Shown here one piece after another: positions 55,165 to 63,240 of a stretch of 64,000 bases of DNA. The DNA is taken from assembly GCF_041886205.1 (NCBI RefSeq), contig NZ_CP169029.1; one strand, 5' to 3'. The translations under genes were made by a program, and so were the position numbers. This DNA is from Escherichia coli. Lineage in GTDB: Bacteria; Pseudomonadota; Gammaproteobacteria; Enterobacterales; Enterobacteriaceae. Position 1 is the stretch's first letter, and every line of letters starts with the position of its first letter. The notes beneath the pieces were generated by a model. The model was not told where the DNA came from. It made no database searches and saw nothing but the letters and a program-made list of their open reading frames with translations.

Positions 55165-55441
55165 CCGCAACAGCCACTTTGATATCTTCCTGGGTTCTCT
55201 GTGACTCCAGTGCGATCTGCTGTTTTGCATGTTGATTCGCCTCCTGAATGATGTTCGTTATTGCCATAGTACGCAGAACATTCGCGGTGATAGCCTCAGT
55301 AGAATCAGCTCGCTGTTCCGCAGCGTCAGCACGCTTCTGTTCCTTCAGAAACTTTCCGTGGTAGTGATTAGCTGACCAGACAAGACCACCAGCAATACAA
55401 GCAATAAACGTTAAAATGAGCGCCCAATAACTCATCTTCAT
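55049..55441 (-). CDS. i-spanin (Rz-like)
   Basis: 130 aa. N-terminal TM YWALILTFIACIAGGLVW followed by a coiled-coil periplasmic domain. Downstream of the endolysin. Confidence 0.78.
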   Translation of the reverse strand: MKMSYWALILTFIACIAGGLVWSANHYHGKFLKEQKRADAAEQRADSTEAITANVLRTMAITNIIQEANQHAKQQIALESQRTQEDIKVAVADDDCASRPVPAAAADRLRKFANGLRERSGGTTASQPDF

Positions 55442-56052
55442 ACCAGCAGCGCCGCCCGCGCCTTGTTGTATCGAACCTTACGATCCTCAATACCGTTCAG
55501 ACCGCCGTTAATGATGCGCGTAACACGATTAATATCAGCACCGTAGACCATGCAGCCTTTAGAGGTGTAGAACCATGCAGCTGAGCGCGCGGCCTGTAGC
55601 TCCTGCTCCAGTTGTTCAGGTGAGGTCACCAGATCTAACTTCAGCGCCGCGCCACAGATGCGATAATTATGAAGGCCAGTGATTTGAATTAATCCTCTAC
55701 CACGATATTTCCAGCCATCACCGGGTGCTTTGTTACCCAGTCGGTTGCTATACACCAGATTGGCAATAGCATCCTGACGAGCTGCATGTCCGGATGTTCT
55801 GCCAAGGGCATCAGCCTGCTGCTGTGTGATCCTCTTTCCGAACGTCGCCACCAGCGCAGATGGTGTGTAGTTAAAATTTTCAACTACGGCGCTAAACCCC
55901 ATCGACTCATGGCCTACCTGAGCGATAAACATTGCCTGATCCGCTGGTGCTGTAATGCCGAATTCCTTCATCGCCGCATCAATGTGCGGAAACCAGCGCG
56001 CAGCCAGCCCGGCGCTAATACCAGCCGCCTTTTGAAATAATTGTTGGTTCAT
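55438..56052 (-). CDS. Endolysin, glycoside hydrolase family 19 (chitinase-like)
   Basis: 204 aa. ...FIAQVGHESMGF...YRGRGLIQITGLHNYR... GH19 catalytic motifs. Confidence 0.85.
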   Translation of the reverse strand: MNQQLFQKAAGISAGLAARWFPHIDAAMKEFGITAPADQAMFIAQVGHESMGFSAVVENFNYTPSALVATFGKRITQQQADALGRTSGHAARQDAIANLVYSNRLGNKAPGDGWKYRGRGLIQITGLHNYRICGAALKLDLVTSPEQLEQELQAARSAAWFYTSKGCMVYGADINRVTRIINGGLNGIEDRKVRYNKARAALLV

Positions 56053-56333
56053 TAGTGCCTCAGATGATCAACCAGACGTGCAACGTTGCCTCTGACGGCC
56101 ACCAGCACGGAAAGAAAAATAGTGTTCGCCACGATAATGGGCCATGAGGAATGAGGATAAATCCCACAGAGATAGGCCAACGGAACAGCACTGTATGTAA
56201 CAGTAATCAGCCAGGCTAAACGTGAAACCCAAGGACGATGCCGCGAATCACCACGACGATAAAACATCAGAGTAATAACAACACAAGCACATAACAGCGC
56301 ATTTATAGTTGCTGTCGGGTCATTTAGCTCCAC
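56052..56333 (-). CDS. Holin-like membrane protein
   Basis: 93 aa with three hydrophobic segments, directly upstream of the endolysin. Confidence 0.65.
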   Translation of the reverse strand: MELNDPTATINALLCACVVITLMFYRRGDSRHRPWVSRLAWLITVTYSAVPLAYLCGIYPHSSWPIIVANTIFLSVLVAVRGNVARLVDHLRH

Positions 56334-56706
56334 CTGAACCTCCCCGGCGCGTTATGAGCGCCACCAGCGAGCCGATATCCTGATTATTCAGGAACGTCAG
56401 GATCTTAACGGCTAAAGCAGAGACGATTACGGCACCAATAGCATCCAGAGGTTTATCACTGTATCCGGTCAAGTTCGCCAGCTTGGAGCCAACCAACCCA
56501 GAGCAAAGAATCCCGGCAATATATGACACGATAAAATATGCCAGTCGGCGCGATGCACTCAGATCTGCTGCTGTTGCTATGTAGAATACAGCCCCTGCAA
56601 ATGCGCCAAATACAACGCCGTAATCAGTTCCGGTCAGCAGTCCATAAACACTGGCACCCGTCAGGGCACCACCAGCCAGCCCAGTACCGGAAATCGGATC
56701 GGACAT
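56320..56706 (-). CDS. Holin-like membrane protein
   Basis: 128 aa. Gly/Ala-rich TM helices. Second member of the holin/antiholin pair position. Confidence 0.6.
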   Translation of the reverse strand: MSDPISGTGLAGGALTGASVYGLLTGTDYGVVFGAFAGAVFYIATAADLSASRRLAYFIVSYIAGILCSGLVGSKLANLTGYSDKPLDAIGAVIVSALAVKILTFLNNQDIGSLVALITRRGGSGGAK

Positions 56707-56785
56707 TTAGCCCCCTCTTAATTGCTGTTGGTCCTCTCAGATATGAGGGGAAGGGATCTTAATGACAGTCTGTTTATTATTTCAG

Positions 56786-57043
56786 TCAAATACTACCCTG
56801 TTGATGATTTCTCAGAAGCGAACTTGACTCCCAGGGGAAACTCAACTTTCCGTTAAAACCACCAGCAGACATTCGTTCAATTTCCACAGAAATATCACTG
56901 AGCCGTTCTTCAAGCTCTGCTTTTTCTTTTACCAGACGGTTATAGCGGCTTAGATGAAGCTTTTGCTGCTCCAGCCAGTCTTCAAGCTGTTCAACAGTCA
57001 TACCAGGGTTAAAAAAATATGGCTGCTGCTTTTCGCCCTGCAT
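56786..57043 (-). CDS. Hypothetical coiled-coil protein, first gene of the late operon
   Basis: 85 aa from MQGEKQQPYFFNPGMTVEQLEDWLEQQK, with GGAGG 7 nt upstream. The longer ORF-track start would lie inside the terminator. Confidence 0.55.
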   Translation of the reverse strand: MQGEKQQPYFFNPGMTVEQLEDWLEQQKLHLSRYNRLVKEKAELEERLSDISVEIERMSAGGFNGKLSFPWESSSLLRNHQQGSI

Positions 57044-57060
57044 TATTGACCTCCAGAAAA

Positions 57061-57086
57061 GCAAAAACCCCGCCGAAGCGAGGTTT
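57061..57086 (-). terminator. tR'-like terminator between the late promoter and the late genes
   Basis: The minus strand reads AAACCTCGC-TTCG-GCGGGGTTTTTGCTTTT: a GC-rich hairpin with one G-U pair, followed by a T-run. Confidence 0.7.
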
Positions 57087-57125
57087 GTTATGATTTCGTT
57101 AACGGCAGACATACAAAGCCCATCG

Positions 57126-57162
57126 TTAGGAGAATCCTAACCATATTTTTTGAAAAATGCAA
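57126..57162 (-). promoter_or_regulatory. PR'-like late promoter with a promoter-proximal AACGAT pause-type element
   Basis: The minus strand reads TTGCAT-17 nt-TAGGAT-TCTCCTA-ACGATGGG. It has the same spacing and the same ACGATGGG start as the remembered lambda PR' (TAAATT-TGACTCA-ACGATGGG). It lies between the Q-like gene and the terminator. Confidence 0.55.
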
Positions 57163-57193
57163 GCATCATGTCGCCATCTTCGGCGAAAATCAT

Positions 57194-57946
57194 TTATCTT
57201 GTCACTTTTCTCAATTGTGTCTCTGCATATGCTTCTTCCTGCCAGCACTTTGTAACCAGTTTATCAATGACATCTGCATATCCTTTGTACCACTGATAAT
57301 CCGTCAGGTCTGGTACCAGCTTCTGGACATGATGCCGCGCCAGTGTGGTTGGTAAACGGCTAAACCGGTTTCCATTGCAACGCCCACAAATCTTATAAAC
57401 AGGCGTGCCATGAAGCCGGGTCCTTTTTTCATCCAGGACAATACCTTTACCCTTACACCCTCTGCACGCTGTGCTGACTTCTCCCTTACCATGACAATGC
57501 TGACATAGTTCCTTCACCCACTCTTCCTTGATAACAGATTCCCCGCTTCTGGAGTGTTTCACCACTTCGCGCAATACATTATGAAATCCAGTACCAGCAC
57601 AATGCTCACAGCGAGCCTTACTTGCCGCAGACCTGGAATAATCAGCAAAGGCAAAATTCACAAGGTAAGGAATAATCTGTAGCCGGGTTTCTTCACTCAA
57701 TTTATTCAATGTCGGGCTATCCAGTGCCATCGCGTAATTGAGCAGACCTTCAATCGCAAACTGAGGATCCTGAACACCAACTTTTGCCAGGAATAAGGCA
57801 AACCCAAGCGGTGCTTTCGACTGCACCATCCCCTGCGCAGCCATCACATCCGTAATTGTTAAACCACCAGAGCCTGTCGCCGGTGCGTCATCGCTCAATT
57901 TTGGAGATTTTGGGGAGTAATATTTCGGTAAGGCTTCAAGGTTCAT
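57194..57946 (-). CDS. Putative late-gene antiterminator (Q-like) with four CxxCxGxG zinc motifs
   Basis: 250 aa. CEHCAGTG, CQHCHGKG, CRGCKGKG, CGRCNGNR. Immediately upstream of the PR'-like promoter/terminator and the lysis genes. Confidence 0.6.
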   Translation of the reverse strand: MNLEALPKYYSPKSPKLSDDAPATGSGGLTITDVMAAQGMVQSKAPLGFALFLAKVGVQDPQFAIEGLLNYAMALDSPTLNKLSEETRLQIIPYLVNFAFADYSRSAASKARCEHCAGTGFHNVLREVVKHSRSGESVIKEEWVKELCQHCHGKGEVSTACRGCKGKGIVLDEKRTRLHGTPVYKICGRCNGNRFSRLPTTLARHHVQKLVPDLTDYQWYKGYADVIDKLVTKCWQEEAYAETQLRKVTR

Positions 57947-57959
57947 GCTCGTTCTCCAC

Positions 57960-58955
57960 TTACGCCAGTACGCCTATTGCCAGCGCACGATCGATAAAAC
58001 GAAATATCAGCTCCAGCTGGGAGCCATACTTCTCTTCAAATGCCACGGTATCCGCATGCAGCTCGTCGTGATGCTTTCTGCACAAAGGCAACACAAAGAG
58101 GTCATGCGCTTTTGTTCCCATTCCACCCTGACCGTGACCTATCAGGTGGTGGGGATCATCAGCAGGCTTTCCACAACATGCACACGGCTGTGTCTTAACC
58201 CAGCGCGTGTACTTTTCATTAACCCAGCGGCGACGTTTTGGGCGTAACATAAAAGACTCCGGCGACTCCGGATCCACTTTCAGCGCCAGCACCTTTTTCG
58301 CTTTATCCTGGATAATGCTGGTGGCAGGAACCGAAGGCACAAGGTCACTTTCCCGGGTGACAGACGGCACAACAGGTTTCGGTAATCTCAGTGCCTTACG
58401 GGCTGCGCTTTCAGGTAAGGCATCCGCCAGGTCATTACGAATCAGCCACCAGCACAGTTCCGGCATTGTCACGGCATGGTTATCATCAAAACCGAGATCC
58501 CGACGGACTACAGACAACACCCAACGGGCACAGTTATCCGTTGCCATTGATTCCAGCCGCTCCGTGAACTGATCACGTAACTGATTATCGCAGTGCCAGC
58601 ACAAACGGATTGCTCCCGGCGCGTGACGCATTGTGGTCATGTTCTCGCTGTGCCAGTCGGAATGAGGCCACTGGCAGCCTTTTTCACGAAGTAACCAGCT
58701 TTCAAGACATTCCACGCCACCAGCACGACGGATCACTGCCTCATTGCGGAACACGGCCCGAACGGCAGGATCATCCGCCAGCGGTTGTGATGCCGCCGGA
58801 ACGGCACCACTGGCGAAAGATGAATAACGCTCCGGCTCAGGCTCCAGCAGGACACGCCCCTGCATAAACAGGGGCATCAGCTCTGAACCTGGCCTGAACA
58901 ATACGATCCCCATACGCGGGGCAATTTCAGGGGTCAGTAGTGCTCTCACGGTCAC
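57960..58955 (-). CDS. DUF968-family protein (YdfU-like, nin-region)
   Basis: 331 aa. C-terminal CCGKPADDPHHLIGHGQGGMGTKAHDLFVLPLCRKHHDELH motif of DUF968. Confidence 0.75.
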   Translation of the reverse strand: MTVRALLTPEIAPRMGIVLFRPGSELMPLFMQGRVLLEPEPERYSSFASGAVPAASQPLADDPAVRAVFRNEAVIRRAGGVECLESWLLREKGCQWPHSDWHSENMTTMRHAPGAIRLCWHCDNQLRDQFTERLESMATDNCARWVLSVVRRDLGFDDNHAVTMPELCWWLIRNDLADALPESAARKALRLPKPVVPSVTRESDLVPSVPATSIIQDKAKKVLALKVDPESPESFMLRPKRRRWVNEKYTRWVKTQPCACCGKPADDPHHLIGHGQGGMGTKAHDLFVLPLCRKHHDELHADTVAFEEKYGSQLELIFRFIDRALAIGVLA

Positions 58956-58956
58956 C

Positions 58957-59766
58957 TCAATGAACGGTATCGAGCAGCTTTAACAGCTCAGGGAATCGGG
59001 ATTCGAAGAAATGCGGCTGCGTCTCGCGCGGATTTGCGGGACTGGTGATGTTCTTGCCGAACATGCAACCTTTCGCTGTCAGCGACCAGAATTTTTTGAT
59101 GTTGTTAATCGCGGTACGGCTGTATCGTTCGCGCTGCTCGACGATCCCCAGCTTCACCATCTGGTGATATGCCTGATTAGCCGTCAGGCGGATACCATAC
59201 TGTTTCAGCAGTGCACTCAGTGACAGTGTCGGGCGACTTGAGCCATCAGGCGCGTCAGCAGGAGCATCAATGGCATAGCGCGGTGCCAGATTCGGTAAGC
59301 CAACAGCCTCCTGGAGTTTCTGACAGGCCCCAAGCACAGATGAGTTAGACAGGTTTAACTCCCGACGCATAAAGTCCAGCAGAATCACACCAGCCTGCAT
59401 CTTGTCAGCAGCCTGTCCGGATAATTTTTCCGGTGCACTGGTTACCATATCGAAAGTACGGATCACCTTCAGATGGAATGACGGGCTGATCCACATTGCA
59501 TAGGCATACACCAGTTCTTTGCAGACATACGTCCCCTGGTTATTTCCGCCATTAATGACGCTAACTGGTTGATTTTGTTCCAGAGGCGTAATTCCACCCT
59601 CGGTGAAAAGTTGTTCAATCAATTCACAGGTTTGCTTATTGGAGAGCCAGTATTTCGGGCGGTTTTTTTGTTCTCCCCCGGCTGCCCTGTGCAGATCGTT
59701 CAGGCTGTAACGCCCATAAGCATCACGACGAACTTCAATACCATCAATGACCATCAGATTATTCAT
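58957..59766 (-). CDS. KilA-N domain protein / antirepressor-like
   Basis: 269 aa. N-terminal ...IDGIEVRRDAYGRYSLNDLHRAAGGEQKNRPKYWLSNKQT... KilA-N pattern. Confidence 0.7.
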   Translation of the reverse strand: MNNLMVIDGIEVRRDAYGRYSLNDLHRAAGGEQKNRPKYWLSNKQTCELIEQLFTEGGITPLEQNQPVSVINGGNNQGTYVCKELVYAYAMWISPSFHLKVIRTFDMVTSAPEKLSGQAADKMQAGVILLDFMRRELNLSNSSVLGACQKLQEAVGLPNLAPRYAIDAPADAPDGSSRPTLSLSALLKQYGIRLTANQAYHQMVKLGIVEQRERYSRTAINNIKKFWSLTAKGCMFGKNITSPANPRETQPHFFESRFPELLKLLDTVH

Positions 59767-59785
59767 ACTTCGTTTCTCCTCTTAA

Positions 59786-60175
59786 TCAGGCGGCTGCACC
59801 CGCCGTTTTCTCGTACTTACTGATAGTGATCTCGACCTTCCCTTCCGGGATAACCGGTCCCCACTCCACCAGCATTCTTTTCACCTGGCTGTCGTCTTCC
59901 CACACACCCGCGTGGGTCAGGGCGTCAAACAGCGCCTTGTTATAGTTGTCCAGATCGCGGATCCGGTTATCCGGAGGAAACAACACGATCTCCACTGAAG
60001 CAAGTACCGACGTTGGTTTTGGCAGACGACGTAACTGCTCAACTATTGCTGCGCACGCCGCGCTCTGGAATTTTCGCCCCGCCGCGCTTATCAGGCTCTT
60101 ACCAGCAAACGCCCCTTTGTTGGGGTGTCGCCAGTACGTGTTCACGCTGGGCGGAAAAGGCAGGATCAGCTTCAT
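59786..60175 (-). CDS. rusA: Holliday-junction resolvase RusA
   Basis: 129 aa. MKLILPFPPSVNTYWR...IRDLDNYNKALFDALTHAGVWEDDSQV RusA motifs. Confidence 0.9.
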   Translation of the reverse strand: MKLILPFPPSVNTYWRHPNKGAFAGKSLISAAGRKFQSAACAAIVEQLRRLPKPTSVLASVEIVLFPPDNRIRDLDNYNKALFDALTHAGVWEDDSQVKRMLVEWGPVIPEGKVEITISKYEKTAGAAA

Positions 60176-60498
60176 ACTTTCAGGCCCCTCTCATGTAACC
60201 AGTGGGTTGCACGCAGCCTTGCGTTTTCCTCACCGGCAAGCAGTGCGCGGATAATCCCGACCGCCTCGCTGTCGTCGTCCTTCACCGCGGTATGAAGCGT
60301 TATCCCCCGGGCCACGCCACGCTTTATCGTGATGACGCCTTTTTTCTCCAGTGCGCGAAGATGCTCTACCGCTGCATTCACTGAACGGTATCCCAGCATG
60401 GTTGCCACCTCCTGATTGGTTGGCGGAAAGCCACGCTCTTTCTGATAAGAAATCAGCATATCCAGCACCTGCTGCTGGCATTGAGTTAACGTCGTCAT
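60172..60498 (-). CDS. LexA N-terminal DNA-binding-domain-only protein (no S24 peptidase domain)
   Basis: 108 aa from MTTLTQCQQQVLDMLISYQKERGFPPTNQEVATMLGYRSVNAAVEHLRALEKKGVITIKRGVARGITL. It aligns along its length with E. coli LexA residues 1-70 ([68 protein letters not shown]). It ends after a short helical tail. Confidence 0.75.
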   Translation of the reverse strand: MTTLTQCQQQVLDMLISYQKERGFPPTNQEVATMLGYRSVNAAVEHLRALEKKGVITIKRGVARGITLHTAVKDDDSEAVGIIRALLAGEENARLRATHWLHERGLKV

Positions 60499-60992
60499 TA
60501 CGCCCCCACGTAATTCCCTGACAGATACCACTCATCACTCGATACAGCGCGCTTGCTGCTTTTCCGTAAACACTGCTCACGACGCGCCAGAAAATTGTTT
60601 CGTTCTGGCTGGGAGTGGCTTTCACGGAATGCCGCCATCCACACCGTTGCAGCACGACGGTATAAGCCCCTGGACTCCAGTTCTTCAGCCTGGCGGGTCA
60701 GGCACAAAATCTCCCGCGGGTCGTTAGTGCCGACATAGAAATTGCGCACAGGTCTGGTTTCACGAACTGGTTGCGGTTCTGCCTCCTGCGCTCTCTCAGT
60801 CAGGCGCGGGAAATGTCTGCGTGTATCCCCTTCACAACGGTGAGCCACACGACCACTCTGACGTAACTTGCTTGCTGACTGCAGAACGCGCTGCCGTGAG
60901 TAACCTGCAAAAGCATCCGCAATGTCTCTGGAAGTACACCCCGGATGGGCTTCAATGTATTTCTGAACTTCATTCAAAAGACTCATGATCAC
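60498..60992 (-). CDS. Hypothetical regulator with a C-terminal PerC-like motif
   Basis: 164 aa. ...RQAEELESRGLYRRAATVWMAAF... resembles the PerC/Pch family core. The N-terminus looks like a winged helix. Confidence 0.4.
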   Translation of the reverse strand: MIMSLLNEVQKYIEAHPGCTSRDIADAFAGYSRQRVLQSASKLRQSGRVAHRCEGDTRRHFPRLTERAQEAEPQPVRETRPVRNFYVGTNDPREILCLTRQAEELESRGLYRRAATVWMAAFRESHSQPERNNFLARREQCLRKSSKRAVSSDEWYLSGNYVGA

Positions 60993-61990
60993 CCCCTGAA
61001 TCCTGCTGGGATCTGGCTGTAGTCCACGTTGTCGTAACTGGCTTTGAAGTACGGGTCTTCGCGTTTTTCTGTGTACGTGCTGACGGACGGCGATAAGCGC
61101 AGGGAAAGCTCATCCCATTTTTCCCGCAGCTTCGACGGGCTGAGCACGTTACGGCACCAGAACGGATCGCGGCTGACGCGGCTGTACATCTCGCAGATTT
61201 GTTTGTGAGTACGACCATCCTGCACACACATCAGGCGAATTTCGTTTGCCCAGGCTGTCCAGTTCGGTTCTTTGGGACGAACCACCTCGCCGTCACATTC
61301 GGCAGCCTGCTCGTACAGGGCGATGATTTTTTTCCAGAGCCACTGTGCGCAGGTCAAATCATCCTGCGTCCCCCACTGGCGCTTTTTAGGGCTGAATACA
61401 ACCGCATCAGGATGGCGAGTTAAAAAATCCTGTTCAGCCGTCTGCGTGTCCGGTTGCGAAGAGTCCGGACGAGAAGGTTTTTTATCTGACGGATCATGTT
61501 TTGATTTTACTGACGGATCCCCGCCAGATTCTGACGGGTGAAAACCCGCTTTTTTGCCAGATTTCGACGCATCAAATTTTGACGGGTCAGATTTTGATGC
61601 GTCAGATTTTGACGGGTCAGATTTTGATGCGTCAGATTTTGACGGGTCAGATTTTGATGCGTCAGATTTTGACGGGTCAGAATCTGACAGTTGAGAAAAT
61701 GCCGCTGCCTGAAGCTTCGCAACGTTAAGCTGATAAACATTCGACGCATTGCGGTTACCCTGGCGACGCGCCTTACGCGTTAACCAGCCTTCTGCTTCCA
61801 GCCGTGCGATAGCCGTTCTGACGGTACTCATCCCCGCGCCAATCTGGCGTGCAATGGTTTCAATTGATGGCCAACACACACCTTCGTCATTACTGAAATC
61901 AGCCAGGCGGGCCATAATTGCCACGCTGGATAGCTTCATGCCTGACGCAGCGCAACCATCCCATACATAGCCGGTTAATTTAGTGCTCAT
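60989..61990 (-). CDS. Replication initiator (O-like: N-terminal wHTH, internal iteron-encoded repeat, C-terminal domain)
   Basis: 333 aa. N-terminal HTH ...CWPSIETIARQIGAGMSTVRTAIARLEAEGWL. Central (SDPSK/SDASK)n stretch encoded by the tandem DNA repeats. Position is downstream of cro/ymfL/ymfM. Confidence 0.75.
   Translation of the reverse strand: MSTKLTGYVWDGCAASGMKLSSVAIMARLADFSNDEGVCWPSIETIARQIGAGMSTVRTAIARLEAEGWLTRKARRQGNRNASNVYQLNVAKLQAAAFSQLSDSDPSKSDASKSDPSKSDASKSDPSKSDASKSDPSKFDASKSGKKAGFHPSESGGDPSVKSKHDPSDKKPSRPDSSQPDTQTAEQDFLTRHPDAVVFSPKKRQWGTQDDLTCAQWLWKKIIALYEQAAECDGEVVRPKEPNWTAWANEIRLMCVQDGRTHKQICEMYSRVSRDPFWCRNVLSPSKLREKWDELSLRLSPSVSTYTEKREDPYFKASYDNVDYSQIPAGFRG
61556..61690. 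repeat. Tandem 15-bp iterons (probable phage replication origin) inside the initiator gene
   Basis: Nine contiguous 15-bp units of type GTCAGATTTTGA(C/T)G(G/C). Units at 61586-61675 form three exact 30-bp repeats. Degenerate extra copies lie at about 61501-61537. Confidence 0.8.
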
Positions 61991-61999
61991 GACCGACCT

Positions 62000-62338
62000 C
62001 TATTTCCCTGAATTTACGACGAAACTGTTCGAGCGGGCTGAAGCACTCATGCTCATAGCCTTCGCGGAGGTAGATAACCCGTTGTGTTTCCGGTTCCCAA
62101 CGAATGACTCTGACGGGCACTCCGTAGTGATCTTTGAACCAGCGGTTAACTTGTTGCAAAGGACTGTCTCCTTCTGCCGGTTGAAATCACCCACAGCCCA
62201 CTCTGCAAAGCTGTGGGTTACAATTTCCCTGTCACCTGGTACATTCACTGCATAGCAATACTCCACCTTCGCTTTTCCACCCGGTACAGGAAGCGCAATC
62301 AGTTGCGAGCGACGGTAGTGTGTTGTTAAACTGTTCAT
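62000..62338 (-). CDS. Hypothetical early protein (e14 YmfM-like by size and position)
   Basis: 112 aa, coupled to the upstream YmfL-like gene. The assignment rests on synteny with e14 cro-ymfL-ymfM. Confidence 0.45.
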   Translation of the reverse strand: MNSLTTHYRRSQLIALPVPGGKAKVEYCYAVNVPGDREIVTHSFAEWAVGDFNRQKETVLCNKLTAGSKITTECPSESFVGNRKHNGLSTSAKAMSMSASARSNSFVVNSGK

Positions 62339-62919
62339 GCGTTAGTTTCTCCACAACCAGAAGCAATCGACGCCACGACGCCCGGAGCTGCACACTCGCG
62401 GGCGTTACTCTTTTCCGGCGCACAAAAAACACGAAATAACAGTGTTAAATGCTCCTGCCACTTCGCCATTACTTGGTAGCTGTTCTCTTCGATTTGCTCA
62501 CGCTCAGCCTGGTCAATAACTCCATCAGCAGTTGCCTTGCGTAAGTACTGGGAATGCTTGCCAATCCATTCTATTGACTCCATCAGCCGCTGATTAATGT
62601 CACCATTGTCAATGTCATCAATGACCACCAGCGGCACAAACACCCCATTACTACGACGGGCTATTGCATCTGTTACATGCCTGGTACCACTGGCATCCTG
62701 TAAAACCATGGCCCACTCAAGTGGAAAAATTTGATCCCCACCGCTACGCAGTCTGTTATGCAATTGATCTTTTGCTGGGGTGATATCATCAGATTTATAC
62801 AAACCAAGAATTTCTGCTGCTTCCTCATAGCCATGAGGTAAATCAGCAATCGTTCTTCGTATTGCTGCCACCAGCCATGCTGGTTGTTTATCAACTTTCC
62901 ATTCAGGTTCTTTACCCAC
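62335..62919 (-). CDS. Hypothetical early regulator (e14 YmfL-like by size and position)
   Basis: 194 aa, second gene of the rightward-equivalent early operon after cro. Confidence 0.45.
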   Translation of the reverse strand: MGKEPEWKVDKQPAWLVAAIRRTIADLPHGYEEAAEILGLYKSDDITPAKDQLHNRLRSGGDQIFPLEWAMVLQDASGTRHVTDAIARRSNGVFVPLVVIDDIDNGDINQRLMESIEWIGKHSQYLRKATADGVIDQAEREQIEENSYQVMAKWQEHLTLLFRVFCAPEKSNARECAAPGVVASIASGCGETNA

Positions 62920-62946
62920 GGTTAATTCCTCATTTCTGTGGTGTTT

Positions 62947-63144
62947 TTATGCCGCAGCACTGTTAGTCTTTTGATATAAAGACACGTCAACTTTCAGTTT
63001 CCCGTTAGTAATTTTTTCTAACTGGTACGCTCGGCCTTCAGGAATAATCTCAGGCCACTCTGAAACAGACGGATGCTTAATACCTAGGGCTTCGGCGGTT
63101 TTACAAACTCCGCCGAAATAATTAATCACGTCGGATTTCCGCAT
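62947..63144 (-). CDS. Cro-like HTH repressor (YdaS/DUF1019 type)
   Basis: 65 aa. ...VINYFGGVCKTAEALGIKHPSVSEW... Divergent from the cI-like repressor across the operator region. Confidence 0.75.
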   Translation of the reverse strand: MRKSDVINYFGGVCKTAEALGIKHPSVSEWPEIIPEGRAYQLEKITNGKLKVDVSLYQKTNSAAA

Positions 63145-63177
63145 TTCTGTCTCCCGTTAAATTACGTTAAGCAGAAA

Positions 63178-63240
63178 TGTAGGATATCCAACATGCAAAT
63201 GTCAAGAATCCTACATGGGCATGTGGTAGGATTGCCTACA
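63178..63240. promoter_or_regulatory. Tripartite operator region with divergent early (PR-like) and maintenance (PRM-like) promoters
   Basis: Three 16-bp sites of type TGTAGGAT-ATCCTACA: 63178-63193 TGTAGGATATCCAACA, 63200-63215 TGTCAAGAATCCTACA, 63225-63240 GGTAGGATTGCCTACA. On the minus strand, TTGACA (63200-63205) and TACATT (63176-63181) with an 18-nt spacer face cro. Confidence 0.7.

Noticed and set aside
61556-61690. Regular short tandem repeats as a possible CRISPR array.
   Set aside because: The units are contiguous with no spacers. They are 15 bp long, lie in frame inside the replication initiator gene, and have no nearby cas genes. Iterons explain them.
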